Virus record (IMG/VR): IMGVR_UViG_3300027848_000016
Source of the DNA: an uncultured virus (IMG/VR IMGVR_UViG_3300027848_000016)
Taxonomy: Duplodnaviria; Heunggongvirae; Uroviricota; Caudoviricetes
Reading direction: 5' to 3' (one strand)
DNA: 64,000 bases
In this document: piece by piece, positions 42,001-50,531 of the stretch
How positions within the stretch are numbered: position 1 is the stretch's first letter
Layout of the letters: each line of letters starts with the position of its first letter
The notes under the pieces: model-generated
Told to the model about the DNA's origin: nothing
Database searches by the model: none
The model's input: the letters and a program-made list of their open reading frames with translations, nothing else
Made by a program: the position numbers and the translations under genes

Positions 42001-43720
42001 CGGCTAATGCATTCAAGAACGTCTGTGCGGCAGCACGAGTTTTCAAATTGCCGCCGTGTGCCATATCGTGTACTATTCTATCAAGTACAAATCCCACATC
42101 GCGCTCACATTTTATAGTGTCATATACAAAGTTTTCCCAGATACTTCCGCCAGTAGCATTATCTACTTGATCTCTAATCCAAGAACTCACTTCTCTTTGT
42201 ATAAATGATCTATTAAGTTCTATTAGCTGTTGTGCAACAGGATTCTTAGTTCCTTTTTCAATTTGCTCAGCTGCATAACGGATAGTTTTAAATGGTCTAT
42301 CAATTGTACCGCCACGTGTTGGAAACGGTAAATCATTACCATGTTCTGCTACAAAATAAACATCTTCTATATTAGATAAGAACTGCCAAGCTGGAAGTCT
42401 GGCTGTATTTACTTTTAATACTTGGCCTTCTAGGCCGACTGGTAATCTTGTTGGAGCACTTCCACTATAGTAAACTAAATCGCCTGCTGTAGTAAGGACA
42501 CTTTGTTCTGTTCCAATTGCAAGAATACTCCAGTATTGGCCGCTGTCTGCTAAGTCTGGACGAGATCCTTGTGCGCCGCCACCTGGCTGAACTGCTGTTT
42601 CTGTTGAATAGTCATCGCCTTCTGAAATGTGTCCAAGAACACAATAGTAGCTGTTATCGCCGTAGCGTACAACATCACCTTGATAATATTCTTGGTCGTC
42701 AATCCATACGCCTCTCCAGCGGAAACCTTCATTAATTAGTTTCCAGTATTCTGCGTTTGGAGGTTGTTGACCTGTTTCATGGTCTTGTACACAAACATAT
42801 GTAAATCCACCTAAGCGTATTACTTCACCAACTTTATAATGTTGATTAGCGCTGTCTTCATTCCAATCACCAATAAAGCGGAACCCTTCTGTAAATAAAT
42901 CCCAATCATTTGGATTATCAAACGGAATACTTCCGGTGTTTGATGTTGTTGAAATATATTGGTTTCCACCGTAGCGCACCACATCGCCTGACTGATAAGG
43001 TACAACAGGACTCCAATCATTTTCATATTGGAAACCTTCTACAAACTTAGTCCAGTTTGCTGAGTTTGCTCCAAATGTACCTGCTGACGTATGTGCAGTT
43101 AAACAAATCCAAATACCAGCACCATAACGAACTAAGTCGTTTAGTTTATATCTAATGCTTGCAGTCCATTCGCCTTTGTATTCTGTACTTTGATTAAATA
43201 TATCCCAGTAAGATGAATTAGTTTCTAATCCGTTGGAGATAGTTGCAGCAGATACGTGTAGTGTATTACAAACATAAGTTGAGCCGCCGTATTTTACAAA
43301 ATCGTTTATACGGTAGCGAGTACTAATAGCCCAGTCGCCTTTCCAGTCAATCCCTTCAGCATAAGCATCCCACTTACCTAAATCAACTTCAAGACCGTCC
43401 GTAGCATCAATAGCAGTTGCTGCTGAGGTGTGTATAGTATTACATATATAAAGTCTTGCACCATAACTAACTATGTCATCGTATATATAATTAGTATCTA
43501 CCGTCCAATCACCTTTCCAAGTCTGCCCATCACTTACAAGATTCCATTTTGCTGGAACAATGTCCAAGTCTGAAAAGAAATCTGCTTGACTTGCATGTCC
43601 TATTGTACAGATATATGTTTTGCCACCAAAAGCAATAACATCATCTTGATAATAAACAGTAGCAGTTGCCCACTGGTTTTTCCATACAAATCTAATTCTA
43701 CCTAGTTTAAATTCTGCCAT
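36050..43720 (-). CDS. Giant virion structural/fibre protein (2556 aa)
   Basis: N-terminal W..Y..D.V.YGG..Y.C...H repeats (CBM5/12-like), C-x-R-D helical repeats, beta-helix-like region, S.DG..W Asp-box repeats; TAAATA and GGAG upstream. Confidence 0.85.
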   Translation of the reverse strand: MAEFKLGRIRFVWKNQWATATVYYQDDVIAFGGKTYICTIGHASQADFFSDLDIVPAKWNLVSDGQTWKGDWTVDTNYIYDDIVSYGARLYICNTIHTSAATAIDATDGLEVDLGKWDAYAEGIDWKGDWAISTRYRINDFVKYGGSTYVCNTLHVSAATISNGLETNSSYWDIFNQSTEYKGEWTASIRYKLNDLVRYGAGIWICLTAHTSAGTFGANSANWTKFVEGFQYENDWSPVVPYQSGDVVRYGGNQYISTTSNTGSIPFDNPNDWDLFTEGFRFIGDWNEDSANQHYKVGEVIRLGGFTYVCVQDHETGQQPPNAEYWKLINEGFRWRGVWIDDQEYYQGDVVRYGDNSYYCVLGHISEGDDYSTETAVQPGGGAQGSRPDLADSGQYWSILAIGTEQSVLTTAGDLVYYSGSAPTRLPVGLEGQVLKVNTARLPAWQFLSNIEDVYFVAEHGNDLPFPTRGGTIDRPFKTIRYAAEQIEKGTKNPVAQQLIELNRSFIQREVSSWIRDQVDNATGGSIWENFVYDTIKCERDVGFVLDRIVHDMAHGGNLKTRAAAQTFLNALADGPYSTAAENNGTGAYGNLIAEGDQSVAAYNYMLTLIGNALSNTAPTLIYQNVTDDSTAIIDQYINITITAEAGALTRLTSLANIIINAIDTGLVSSIPARDVPQTLLKVSTGKHYEVLPIIVPAYCAIMGEELRSTQINAALGTIPASDSTYTIEIYDRIADVVSDIVVGTSVTPTTGNTTVQFQDWPHAITAQSTNVTDLVNVMKYQTDYSLNTMHTAYLTEPVTFIGSAQETAIENIKANINFIVEEVIAYLADQYPTLRYGKTDTRRDSRYVIDSLIYDLTYGGNAQAVKTGLAYWDGDDNTIPQIPASIKAATIASLNFLKTTAQSVAGNSSIASPYQATVAQVLTGNVGSITEIANNVEDIIDILDNGPTAVSTTTTLVDPTPANSVNTTTALISASGTLDSAAATIQADTISWINSNYPTLVYNSAKCSRDIGIILKAVRFDFMFNSNWQTLKSAHAYLRKTATEVYTLNQKAVTRAAIKYALSTEAVANVGGNTTAIARINLSATIIDQMIFGATNEGSVCQVEDQNAYYAMLQLERNREFIISEVTAWMNYNYVNFDDFYNSATCARDIGYIIDAVSYDLITGSNFASSVAGAAYYRAVASAQNVVNNQLKQTIAAIKEARRLTIEVTDSSLYSNIARSYAIILDILENGLTAVPTYTFPDNGTSVAADSTTAGTFIANRATYVSSISSYLNTNYNAQWVALGAGGQATCQRDVGYIVDAATFDILYGGNYQSVIAGDSYYSYGTLQIGDGDEKTATLAALTELKSLLSADAEATSQAAVESNADDVIAIVTNGAGTVAKVYPVATGETATIQSTFSAIQTANSFIPTNVTTYITNTFSSYTYNLSLCLRDVGTYIDALKYDLKYPGNYKSRYVARYYANAVTGSREEDMFYLRDATGLRDCTLLGLNGDLTPAGIYGTSRVTAGAYASLDPGWGPDDFTTWIISRSPYVQGLTTFGNAAIGQKIDGHLHNGGNDSIVSNDFTQVISDGIGAWITNNGRAELVSVFTYYSHIGYLAENGGRIRATNGNNSYGEFGSVAEGTDADETPVTAIVDNRTQYNATISTVNVDQNQILVLEYGHAGNDYTEAAINIFGPGTGEVLVADEFRDNAVNYAFVDQDADPDVIIGGSNYLVVGNTAQSGSTTGIFLAATDGNLSSTYPGMKIVISGGSANGQYAIVNTYNSGTKEATVIRESDGIAGWDHYVSGTPIIAPNSSSTYKIEPRIAFTAPAKSNAAITLPAATTWGDVKYIETAAQYTSISATGGSGSGLTFDVTRNGSKYYLTVNNAGTDYTRLNTVTIAGTAVGGASTANNITVTLTTLNSVSGAVVDYDFTGLAQTGKFLAIGAGTNGALSVDGESWSIETLPSLGAGFWSRIASGLQNDGSSTFQPSAVVLVADGDSTVAYSEDADTWNTSTLPVGMDTSAETRIAYGNVVGSVTNRFVVISSADRDVAYSDNGGATWTLTTDALSNIGFDHIAYGAGKFVAINIGTTSAAYSADGITWIGATAPAVFAAVTDIVWGNGKFVALGGTNGIMFSLDGVTWYENALTLPLTVTERRLAYGQGMFVITSDDTDQVLYSQDGLYWQAYTLTTTITGGYNAIAFGNPAREGKFVILPNASGTGGVYAKIGATTKGRASVANEQIFEVRIIEPGSGYATAPSVTVTDPNNIVDVILVPRLGDGVLGQPTFVNRGTGFTSSTAEVDAQNSNGGADFPQTGTFIAVRRLSARPVNGSNIEFASLPGEFYKLVNTISFIGTNAGTYTGFLQLSPAIAVKDSLPDGDTVELRIRFSQARLTGHDFLDIGTGGFTSTNYPNTPLQQPVQSNETVNANGGRVFFTATDQDGNFRVGDLFSIEQSTGVATLNADAFNIAGLQELSLGEVTLGGNSASINEFSTDPFFTANSDSVVPTQRAVKAYIEAQIGGGGATLNVNSVTAGDVFIGTDTITTLSGSVLNIRANVVFSGTVLGLPLAYNYFLR

Positions 43721-43766
43721 TTTTATTACTCCGCTAGTATATTTATCATTATGTTAACCGTTGCTA

Positions 43767-46700
43767 TTATTGCATGGTATCGTCGAATTTTTTAAGGAAC
43801 AACATTTGTGATACAATTGTTCCTGAAATATTTGTTTGTTCAGTTGTTATATTTCCGGCACCGTCATCAGTTTGAAACGAGCCTTCAAAATTTACATTGG
43901 AAGGAATGTGTAAATAACCTCCAATTGTGCTTATTTCGTTATCAGTGCCGCCTATAATAACAGCTCCTGCTTGTAATCTATTGACTTCTAAACTCTCACC
44001 ACCAACTGATAGTCTGTTTGCAAGGAAGGATGCAATAGCTCGCTGTGTTGGAATAACATTATTTGAATCTGCAGAGAATGTGCTGTCTGTTGAAAATTCA
44101 TTAACAACTGTTCCTGATCCGCCTAATCTTACACCGCCTAAGGCAAGTGCCGATAGCCCATCTAATTGGAAAAATTGAGCACTAATAGTAACAACACCAG
44201 TTGCTTGTTCAACACTAAACAATTCGCCTGCTCTAAAATTTCCGTCTTGGTCGGTACTTACATAGAATACTCTACCACTATTTGTTTCATAAACTTCGTT
44301 TTCAGGCGATGCAACAAAAAATCCGCCGCTTGCATATAGTGTTGGGTAGTTAGTTTCTTCAAAATTGCCCGTTCCTATGTCTAAGAAATCATGTCCACTA
44401 ATTCTACATTGACTAAATTTTTCTCTTAATGTTATTGCTGTCCCGTGTTCAGTATTATAAAAAGTTTCTAAACTTGGCGAAATTGTAAGTTGTACTAGTC
44501 TAGTTTCGTTTCCTGTTCCGTCGTCGCCTAAGTCTGTTACTATTACTCCACTAAAGATAGACAAATCATTAGGTGTGTCTGTTACAGTATTTAAAACTCC
44601 CGCAATTTGTATTTGTACTCCGGGACTTGGAAGATTTACAATACCGGATATAGTGATTATATTTTCGTCAGGGACAATGTCTGCATAACCGTTACCAGAT
44701 ATTGTAATGGTACTAGTAGTACGTCTATATCCTGCACCTCTATTAATGAAGTCTGGTTGACTTAATACTCCATTACTTATTCTACTTTCATAAGCTACTT
44801 CAGTAACAAAATTAGGATCGGTGATTGTTAGTACAGGTAAATTACTGCTCGAATAACCACTACCACTATCCCATATTTTAATAGTCTTAAACGAACCTAC
44901 AATAACATCTGCTCTACATTTTGCACGAGCACCTGTACTAACATGAGCAACAGCACCTGTACTTCCAGCTGAGGCAAGTAATACCCATTTGCTAGTTCCA
45001 TTAACATCTCCGTATGTTAATGCACTCCATCGCTGCGAGGCAGGCAGTACTCTATTAGTCCATAGGATACCGTCTTCTGAAGTAGCGCATTGATTTGTTG
45101 CTGCTGCGGAATCTAGTCCAATAGCAAAAAATATTCCTTGTGCATACTTAATTTCACTATATGTTAATACTGCACTTGCAGTAGTTCCAGCATACCAAGT
45201 TACGCCATCAAAGCTATATGCAGTTGTACCGTCAGCTGCTAATAATAAAAATCTATTATTTCCGTATGCTAGAGATGCTGCCGTCCAATCTACGTTCGGT
45301 AATACTTCGTCGTTTCTAGTCCAAGTTACGCCGCCATTTGTTGACGTTGCTGTTGCAAGATCGTTCCTACTTACAGCAACAAATCTGCCTTTACCATAAA
45401 CAACTTTTGACCATTGACTAATAGTACTGTCTGCACCACCGGTATCATCTGGAATAGTTGCTGTTGTCCAAGTAGTGCCGTTTGCACTTACTGCAACGTC
45501 ATTTGTATCGTCTGCTACTAGAACAAATTTTCCGCCGCCGTAAACGCCATCTGTCCATGATGCAGTTATTGGAAGATCAACTGTTGTCCAAGTTTGTCCA
45601 TTTAGACTTGAACTTACACGACTTTCATTATTAGCTACTGCAATAAATCTATTGTTGCCGTTAATTAGTGCTCTATTGTCACCTATAAATGATAAACTAA
45701 CTTCAGTCCAATTTTGACCATTTTCACTATATCTACTATATTCACTATTAGTTAAAGAAACAAATATTCCTGTTTTGCCTGTACCTGTAAAAGTAAATGT
45801 TTGAATACTGCTTGTACTATCTAAACTTACATCTGTGATTGTAATAGTTATATCATTAGCGGGGGTTGCTCCGCCGAGCGAAGTACCTAAAATAGTTATA
45901 ACATCATTTATATTGTACCCAGCTCCTGTATTTGTAAGAGATACTAAATAAGATTCACCTTGTCTGACCACTGTAAATCTAGCAGCAATAGGATCATCAT
46001 CATATGTGTTGCCTGACCCTGAAACAAATACAAGATCTATTTCTTCGCCAACAATAAAACTACTTCCGTTAGCAGAAATTGTAACATTTATAGTTTTGCC
46101 TGTGTTAGTAGATATAGCTGTTGCAACTGCTGTTGCTCCGCTAGTTCTTCCTTTAATATTAAAAGGCACACTAGGATTAGTTGCAAACTCTGCTGTAAAT
46201 TGTAAAGATGTGTTTGATATAATTTCAGCTAGTGCTATACGTGTATTAGTATCATCTCTCCATATTAAATCACTGCCAGCAGTTATATTAGTATATGTTT
46301 GCGTAGTATCGCCATAAACTACATCAACATATGATCTATTAGTAAACAAGTCAAAAGAAGCTGTACTGTATGGTGGCGCACTTACACTAATACGAGGTTC
46401 AATTCTATATCGAGTCGTAGTGTCTAAATTTGCTGCAAGGGGAGTACCCGGAATAATATTATCCCAACCTAGTTCAGCATCGCTGTCTCTACGTACAGTT
46501 ACTAGTTTTGTAGCAAATACAAAATTGTCAATGTAACCGTATTGGCCTACTCCAGTGCCGTCTATAATAATGATTCTCATACCTTCAATTTCTGATAAAA
46601 ACTGAGTTGTATCATTAGTAGATAATACAATAGTACTTGATGCTCCTATTGTTGCTTGTGAACTTGCTTGTTTAACTACGTATCCAGAACCGCCTTTATT

Positions 46701-49700
46701 ACTAGAACCATCCGGTGAAATTAGTCTAGCTTCGAATAATGCACCGTCTCTAAAATCTGTATATTCAACAGTTGCATCTTCTCCAGCACCGACAACAGTT
46801 GCCGTTGCACTAGTATAGTGTTCTCCTGCATTAGAATATTCAAATGCTATTAATTCATCTGCATTGCCACCAGCAATTGCTTCTTTTACCTGTGCTTGAT
46901 TATTTCGATTAAAGAAAGTTGCAGTTTGAGGAATCTCAGTACTGTCAACACCATCAGCAACGGATCCGTAACGTCCGTAACTGTTATTGCCGTTTGCAGC
47001 ACGGATAATGCCGCCATTTTCGGCAAAATAACCAATTTGACAATAGTAACTAAACACTGACACAAGTTCTGCTCTTGCATTATTTGTGATCCAAGCACCA
47101 ATACCATCACTTAAAACTTGTGTAAAGTCGTTAGCTGTCATAGACCTGTTACCGCCATTGTGCAATGCGCCGTCTACCTTCATACCAACACACCCAAAAC
47201 CAATATTAGTAACGCCTTGGATATAAGGAGAGCGATTAACAATCCAAGTACGCTCATCGTCTGGTCCCCACCCTGGATCAAGACTTACAAGTGCCCCGCC
47301 TGTTGGCTTTTGATAAAGCTCAAAGACTCCCGGAGGATTAAGAGTTCCTTGTAATCCTCCTGTTGTACAATCTCTTAAACCTGTGGTATCTCTTAAGAAG
47401 AATAAACTATCAAGTTGAGAACCTGTGACCGCATTTGAATATCTTCTAGCAGCAAAAGTCGTAGCATAGTTGCCAGTGTATTGCAAATCTCGTTTTATTG
47501 CTCTTATTAAAGAGTGTATATCGTTTTTAGTTTTTATTTCAGGGAATGTCACACTAGGATATTCTAATCTCAAGAACGCTAAAATTTCTTGTTGTACAAA
47601 TTCTTCGTTAACTTCTAATGCTAGTCCAGCATTAACAATTGGCTGATTTGTATTTAAAATATTTGATCCTGTTATTGTAGGATTTATTTCGCCATCTGCA
47701 ATTCTAAAAGAAATATAGTTAGTAAACGTAGTAAATAAATTTACTACGGCGTTTGCGCCGGCTACACTTGAGATTGGAAAAGTATCTTCAGTTAATATTT
47801 CGCCAGTATTTAAATCTACTTGAGCTATTCCTGTAATATCAAGAACTGGAGTAAATATTTGTGTAATTTGCAATACACTATTTCCAGATGTAGGAGTTAT
47901 AGGACGTCCAATAATTATATCTGCTAGTATTGTAACTAAATGATCTAAGTATGCTGTAACATATTGAAAATCGTTTTGATATTCGGCTATAGCCGAATTA
48001 GCTAATACCGTTGTTGATCGCAATTCATCACCGTTAATTGCGCAGCCTGCCGGAACAATAATAGGACCAATTTCTTCAAATTTACCGGTACTTACTCTAA
48101 CAATAGTAGGAGTTAACGGCGGAAAGTTATCTTCTACATACTCTGCTGCATATCGAATTGTTTTAAAAGGATTTTGAGATGTACCTTTTCCGGTATCATC
48201 AATTCCATTAGTTGCTACATATACAGTATCTGCATCAATAACAATATCTCTCCAATATGCTTCTAAATCACTCGAAACAGATAATAGTTGAGCAATCTCT
48301 CCAATAGCTAATCTAGTATCGCCGAATGTACTATCGTCAAAAACAGTACTGCCGTCATTATCAAGTAGCCTTGTTGGGCCATAGGTTAGCATATCACCTT
48401 TTGTATTTAAGGCCGCTGGTCTACCAGCTTGTAGTAGCAAGTCCCAGTAAAAATATCCGCTACCGTTATCTTCAGGAGCATCAATAATTGAAGACTCGTG
48501 CTCAAAATTACAAGTATACGCACTACCTTTAAAGTAAACAACATCGCCTACACTATAATACTCGTTAAGGATCCATTCGCTTTTGAAACTTTTCCCTGGT
48601 AAAATTAATTCCCAAATAGTATCATCAAGATAATCTAATGTACTTCCATCATCAAATCCATCAGCAATATCTCTTAACGCTAGATAAAGATTTCCGCCTC
48701 GTAATACAATATCACCAGTCTTATAAGCTGTAGATGCACTATTAGCCGATGTTAAAGATACTGATAATGTGTCTAAAGTGGCAGTAGCATTTACATTGCT
48801 AATAGTTGCAGTTGGTTTCTTTAAAATTGTAAACTGGGTAGCGTTTAATACAGTAACTACTGTTGTATTTGTTTGGAATACTCCAGTACCGCTAGTTTTA
48901 GTTAATACCATTCCAGGTATTAACCCTGCTGTACTTGCAACAGTAATAGTTGTAGGCGCCCACGATCCTATAAAACTATAACTTCTTGAAACTAGTATCC
49001 AGTTAACGTTGCCATTATCGTCATATGGTCTTGAGCTTGTATTGTTGTTAACTGCATAGTACATAAATCCTCTGTGTCGGACAATGTCGCCTATGTTATA
49101 ATAAGTTGAAGTATTCCATTCTCCGTCGTACTGAGATCCAAATACTTCAATTTCAAATTTGGTATCATCTAAACTAGAACCACTAGATGTATGTATATCT
49201 ATACAACGGAAAACTGTTCCGCCATATTTTACTAGATCATTTAATCGGTATTCTGATCCAGCTACCCAGTCACCGAGAATTTCTATGCCTTCGTGATAAA
49301 CTTCCCAATCGTTAATATTAGTTTCTAATGTAGTATCTGCTGTATGAGCAATTACACATTTATAAGACATACCGTTATATTTTACAATTGCTCCAGGACC
49401 GTATGTAGTACTGCTAGTCCAGTTACCTACAAATCCTAATCCTTGAGCAAATGTTTCCCAGTTATCAAAGTCTGTTGCAAAATTAGATGCAGCATGCGAC
49501 ACAGTACACAACCAAAGCGATCCGTCATATTTAACAACATCACCTAAATTGTAGTCAGTGCTGCCTGTCCAGTTTCCTACAAAACTGCGACCACTGGTCA
49601 TTACTACCCACCTTGGCTGAGGTTGTAAGGGAGATGATCCAGGAAGTGTTGCTGTTAGATCTGTTCTAAATGCTGCACTTGCACTATGTGTTACAACACA

Positions 49701-49811
49701 TACATAACTTTTACCATTAACTCTTACTACATCATCTCTTTTATAAGCTGCACTTGTAGTCCAAGCGCCTCTCCAGTTGTACTTAAATCGTTCTAGTTTA
49801 AACTCAGCCAT
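43767..49811 (-). CDS. Giant virion structural/fibre protein (2014 aa), paralog of 36050 gene
   Basis: Same MAEFKL start and shared SLDPGWGPDD, NDFTQV.SDGIG, GHDFLDIGTG, TDQDGNFR blocks. Confidence 0.85.
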   Translation of the reverse strand: MAEFKLERFKYNWRGAWTTSAAYKRDDVVRVNGKSYVCVVTHSASAAFRTDLTATLPGSSPLQPQPRWVVMTSGRSFVGNWTGSTDYNLGDVVKYDGSLWLCTVSHAASNFATDFDNWETFAQGLGFVGNWTSSTTYGPGAIVKYNGMSYKCVIAHTADTTLETNINDWEVYHEGIEILGDWVAGSEYRLNDLVKYGGTVFRCIDIHTSSGSSLDDTKFEIEVFGSQYDGEWNTSTYYNIGDIVRHRGFMYYAVNNNTSSRPYDDNGNVNWILVSRSYSFIGSWAPTTITVASTAGLIPGMVLTKTSGTGVFQTNTTVVTVLNATQFTILKKPTATISNVNATATLDTLSVSLTSANSASTAYKTGDIVLRGGNLYLALRDIADGFDDGSTLDYLDDTIWELILPGKSFKSEWILNEYYSVGDVVYFKGSAYTCNFEHESSIIDAPEDNGSGYFYWDLLLQAGRPAALNTKGDMLTYGPTRLLDNDGSTVFDDSTFGDTRLAIGEIAQLLSVSSDLEAYWRDIVIDADTVYVATNGIDDTGKGTSQNPFKTIRYAAEYVEDNFPPLTPTIVRVSTGKFEEIGPIIVPAGCAINGDELRSTTVLANSAIAEYQNDFQYVTAYLDHLVTILADIIIGRPITPTSGNSVLQITQIFTPVLDITGIAQVDLNTGEILTEDTFPISSVAGANAVVNLFTTFTNYISFRIADGEINPTITGSNILNTNQPIVNAGLALEVNEEFVQQEILAFLRLEYPSVTFPEIKTKNDIHSLIRAIKRDLQYTGNYATTFAARRYSNAVTGSQLDSLFFLRDTTGLRDCTTGGLQGTLNPPGVFELYQKPTGGALVSLDPGWGPDDERTWIVNRSPYIQGVTNIGFGCVGMKVDGALHNGGNRSMTANDFTQVLSDGIGAWITNNARAELVSVFSYYCQIGYFAENGGIIRAANGNNSYGRYGSVADGVDSTEIPQTATFFNRNNQAQVKEAIAGGNADELIAFEYSNAGEHYTSATATVVGAGEDATVEYTDFRDGALFEARLISPDGSSNKGGSGYVVKQASSQATIGASSTIVLSTNDTTQFLSEIEGMRIIIIDGTGVGQYGYIDNFVFATKLVTVRRDSDAELGWDNIIPGTPLAANLDTTTRYRIEPRISVSAPPYSTASFDLFTNRSYVDVVYGDTTQTYTNITAGSDLIWRDDTNTRIALAEIISNTSLQFTAEFATNPSVPFNIKGRTSGATAVATAISTNTGKTINVTISANGSSFIVGEEIDLVFVSGSGNTYDDDPIAARFTVVRQGESYLVSLTNTGAGYNINDVITILGTSLGGATPANDITITITDVSLDSTSSIQTFTFTGTGKTGIFVSLTNSEYSRYSENGQNWTEVSLSFIGDNRALINGNNRFIAVANNESRVSSSLNGQTWTTVDLPITASWTDGVYGGGKFVLVADDTNDVAVSANGTTWTTATIPDDTGGADSTISQWSKVVYGKGRFVAVSRNDLATATSTNGGVTWTRNDEVLPNVDWTAASLAYGNNRFLLLAADGTTAYSFDGVTWYAGTTASAVLTYSEIKYAQGIFFAIGLDSAAATNQCATSEDGILWTNRVLPASQRWSALTYGDVNGTSKWVLLASAGSTGAVAHVSTGARAKCRADVIVGSFKTIKIWDSGSGYSSSNLPVLTITDPNFVTEVAYESRISNGVLSQPDFINRGAGYRRTTSTITISGNGYADIVPDENIITISGIVNLPSPGVQIQIAGVLNTVTDTPNDLSIFSGVIVTDLGDDGTGNETRLVQLTISPSLETFYNTEHGTAITLREKFSQCRISGHDFLDIGTGNFEETNYPTLYASGGFFVASPENEVYETNSGRVFYVSTDQDGNFRAGELFSVEQATGVVTISAQFFQLDGLSALALGGVRLGGSGTVVNEFSTDSTFSADSNNVIPTQRAIASFLANRLSVGGESLEVNRLQAGAVIIGGTDNEISTIGGYLHIPSNVNFEGSFQTDDGAGNITTEQTNISGTIVSQMLFLKKFDDTMQ

Positions 49812-49821
49812 TTTTTATTCC

Positions 49822-50196
49822 TTAGTATCCTGGTCCTGAAATATTATCAGGATATGTGTAATCTTCTGAAATTCTTGCAATAAATTGTCCATCAACTGGG
49901 TCAATATAATATGTCAACAATCTACCATCCCATTTCATTTGCGTATAGCGCAAGTTTTCATATACAATGTCATGGTCTATATTAACGCCTTCTAGAAAGT
50001 CAATACCTTCTTCAAAATCAATAAAGTTATTTTCACCAATACCGATATCGTTAATAACAACAGAGCCAGCGCCTCTTAATTGATCAACTCTGACCAAGAA
50101 TAATTCTCCATCATCGTTTCTACGTAAACCGTAAAAATATCTTTTAATAAAGCCGTTAATAACAGCTTCTGGACTTGTACCAATATAATAACTCAT
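49822..50196 (-). CDS. Hypothetical virion protein
   Basis: 124 aa ORF coupled within fibre operon. Confidence 0.7.
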   Translation of the reverse strand: MSYYIGTSPEAVINGFIKRYFYGLRRNDDGELFLVRVDQLRGAGSVVINDIGIGENNFIDFEEGIDFLEGVNIDHDIVYENLRYTQMKWDGRLLTYYIDPVDGQFIARISEDYTYPDNISGPGY

Positions 50197-50525
50197 TATG
50201 TAATCTCCACGTAACTAACAATGACGTCAACTGAATCATCTAAACTAGATCTAACTAACAATCTATTGCTAGGCGCTAATACTAATTTTTCACCCGTTGA
50301 AACTGCTCGTAAACTTGTACCAGCTGGTAAAAGAGAATCTTTTAAATAATAACCTGAAACACTTGTGTCATCTTCTACTAACACATCAACATAAACAAAT
50401 TTATCTGTTAGGTTAGTAAAACTTAAACCCAACACTGTTACTCGTGCAGTAGGAAGTGTTTCATAGATTAACACCGGAACTGTTCCGCAATTTTTAATTA
50501 CTGTATTTTTTAGTACTGTTGCCAT
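50196..50525 (-). CDS. Small virion adaptor-like protein (paralog B)
   Basis: 109 aa; GLSFTN...KLVLAP...SYVEIT. Confidence 0.7.
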   Translation of the reverse strand: MATVLKNTVIKNCGTVPVLIYETLPTARVTVLGLSFTNLTDKFVYVDVLVEDDTSVSGYYLKDSLLPAGTSLRAVSTGEKLVLAPSNRLLVRSSLDDSVDVIVSYVEIT

Positions 50526-50531
50526 TTTCTT

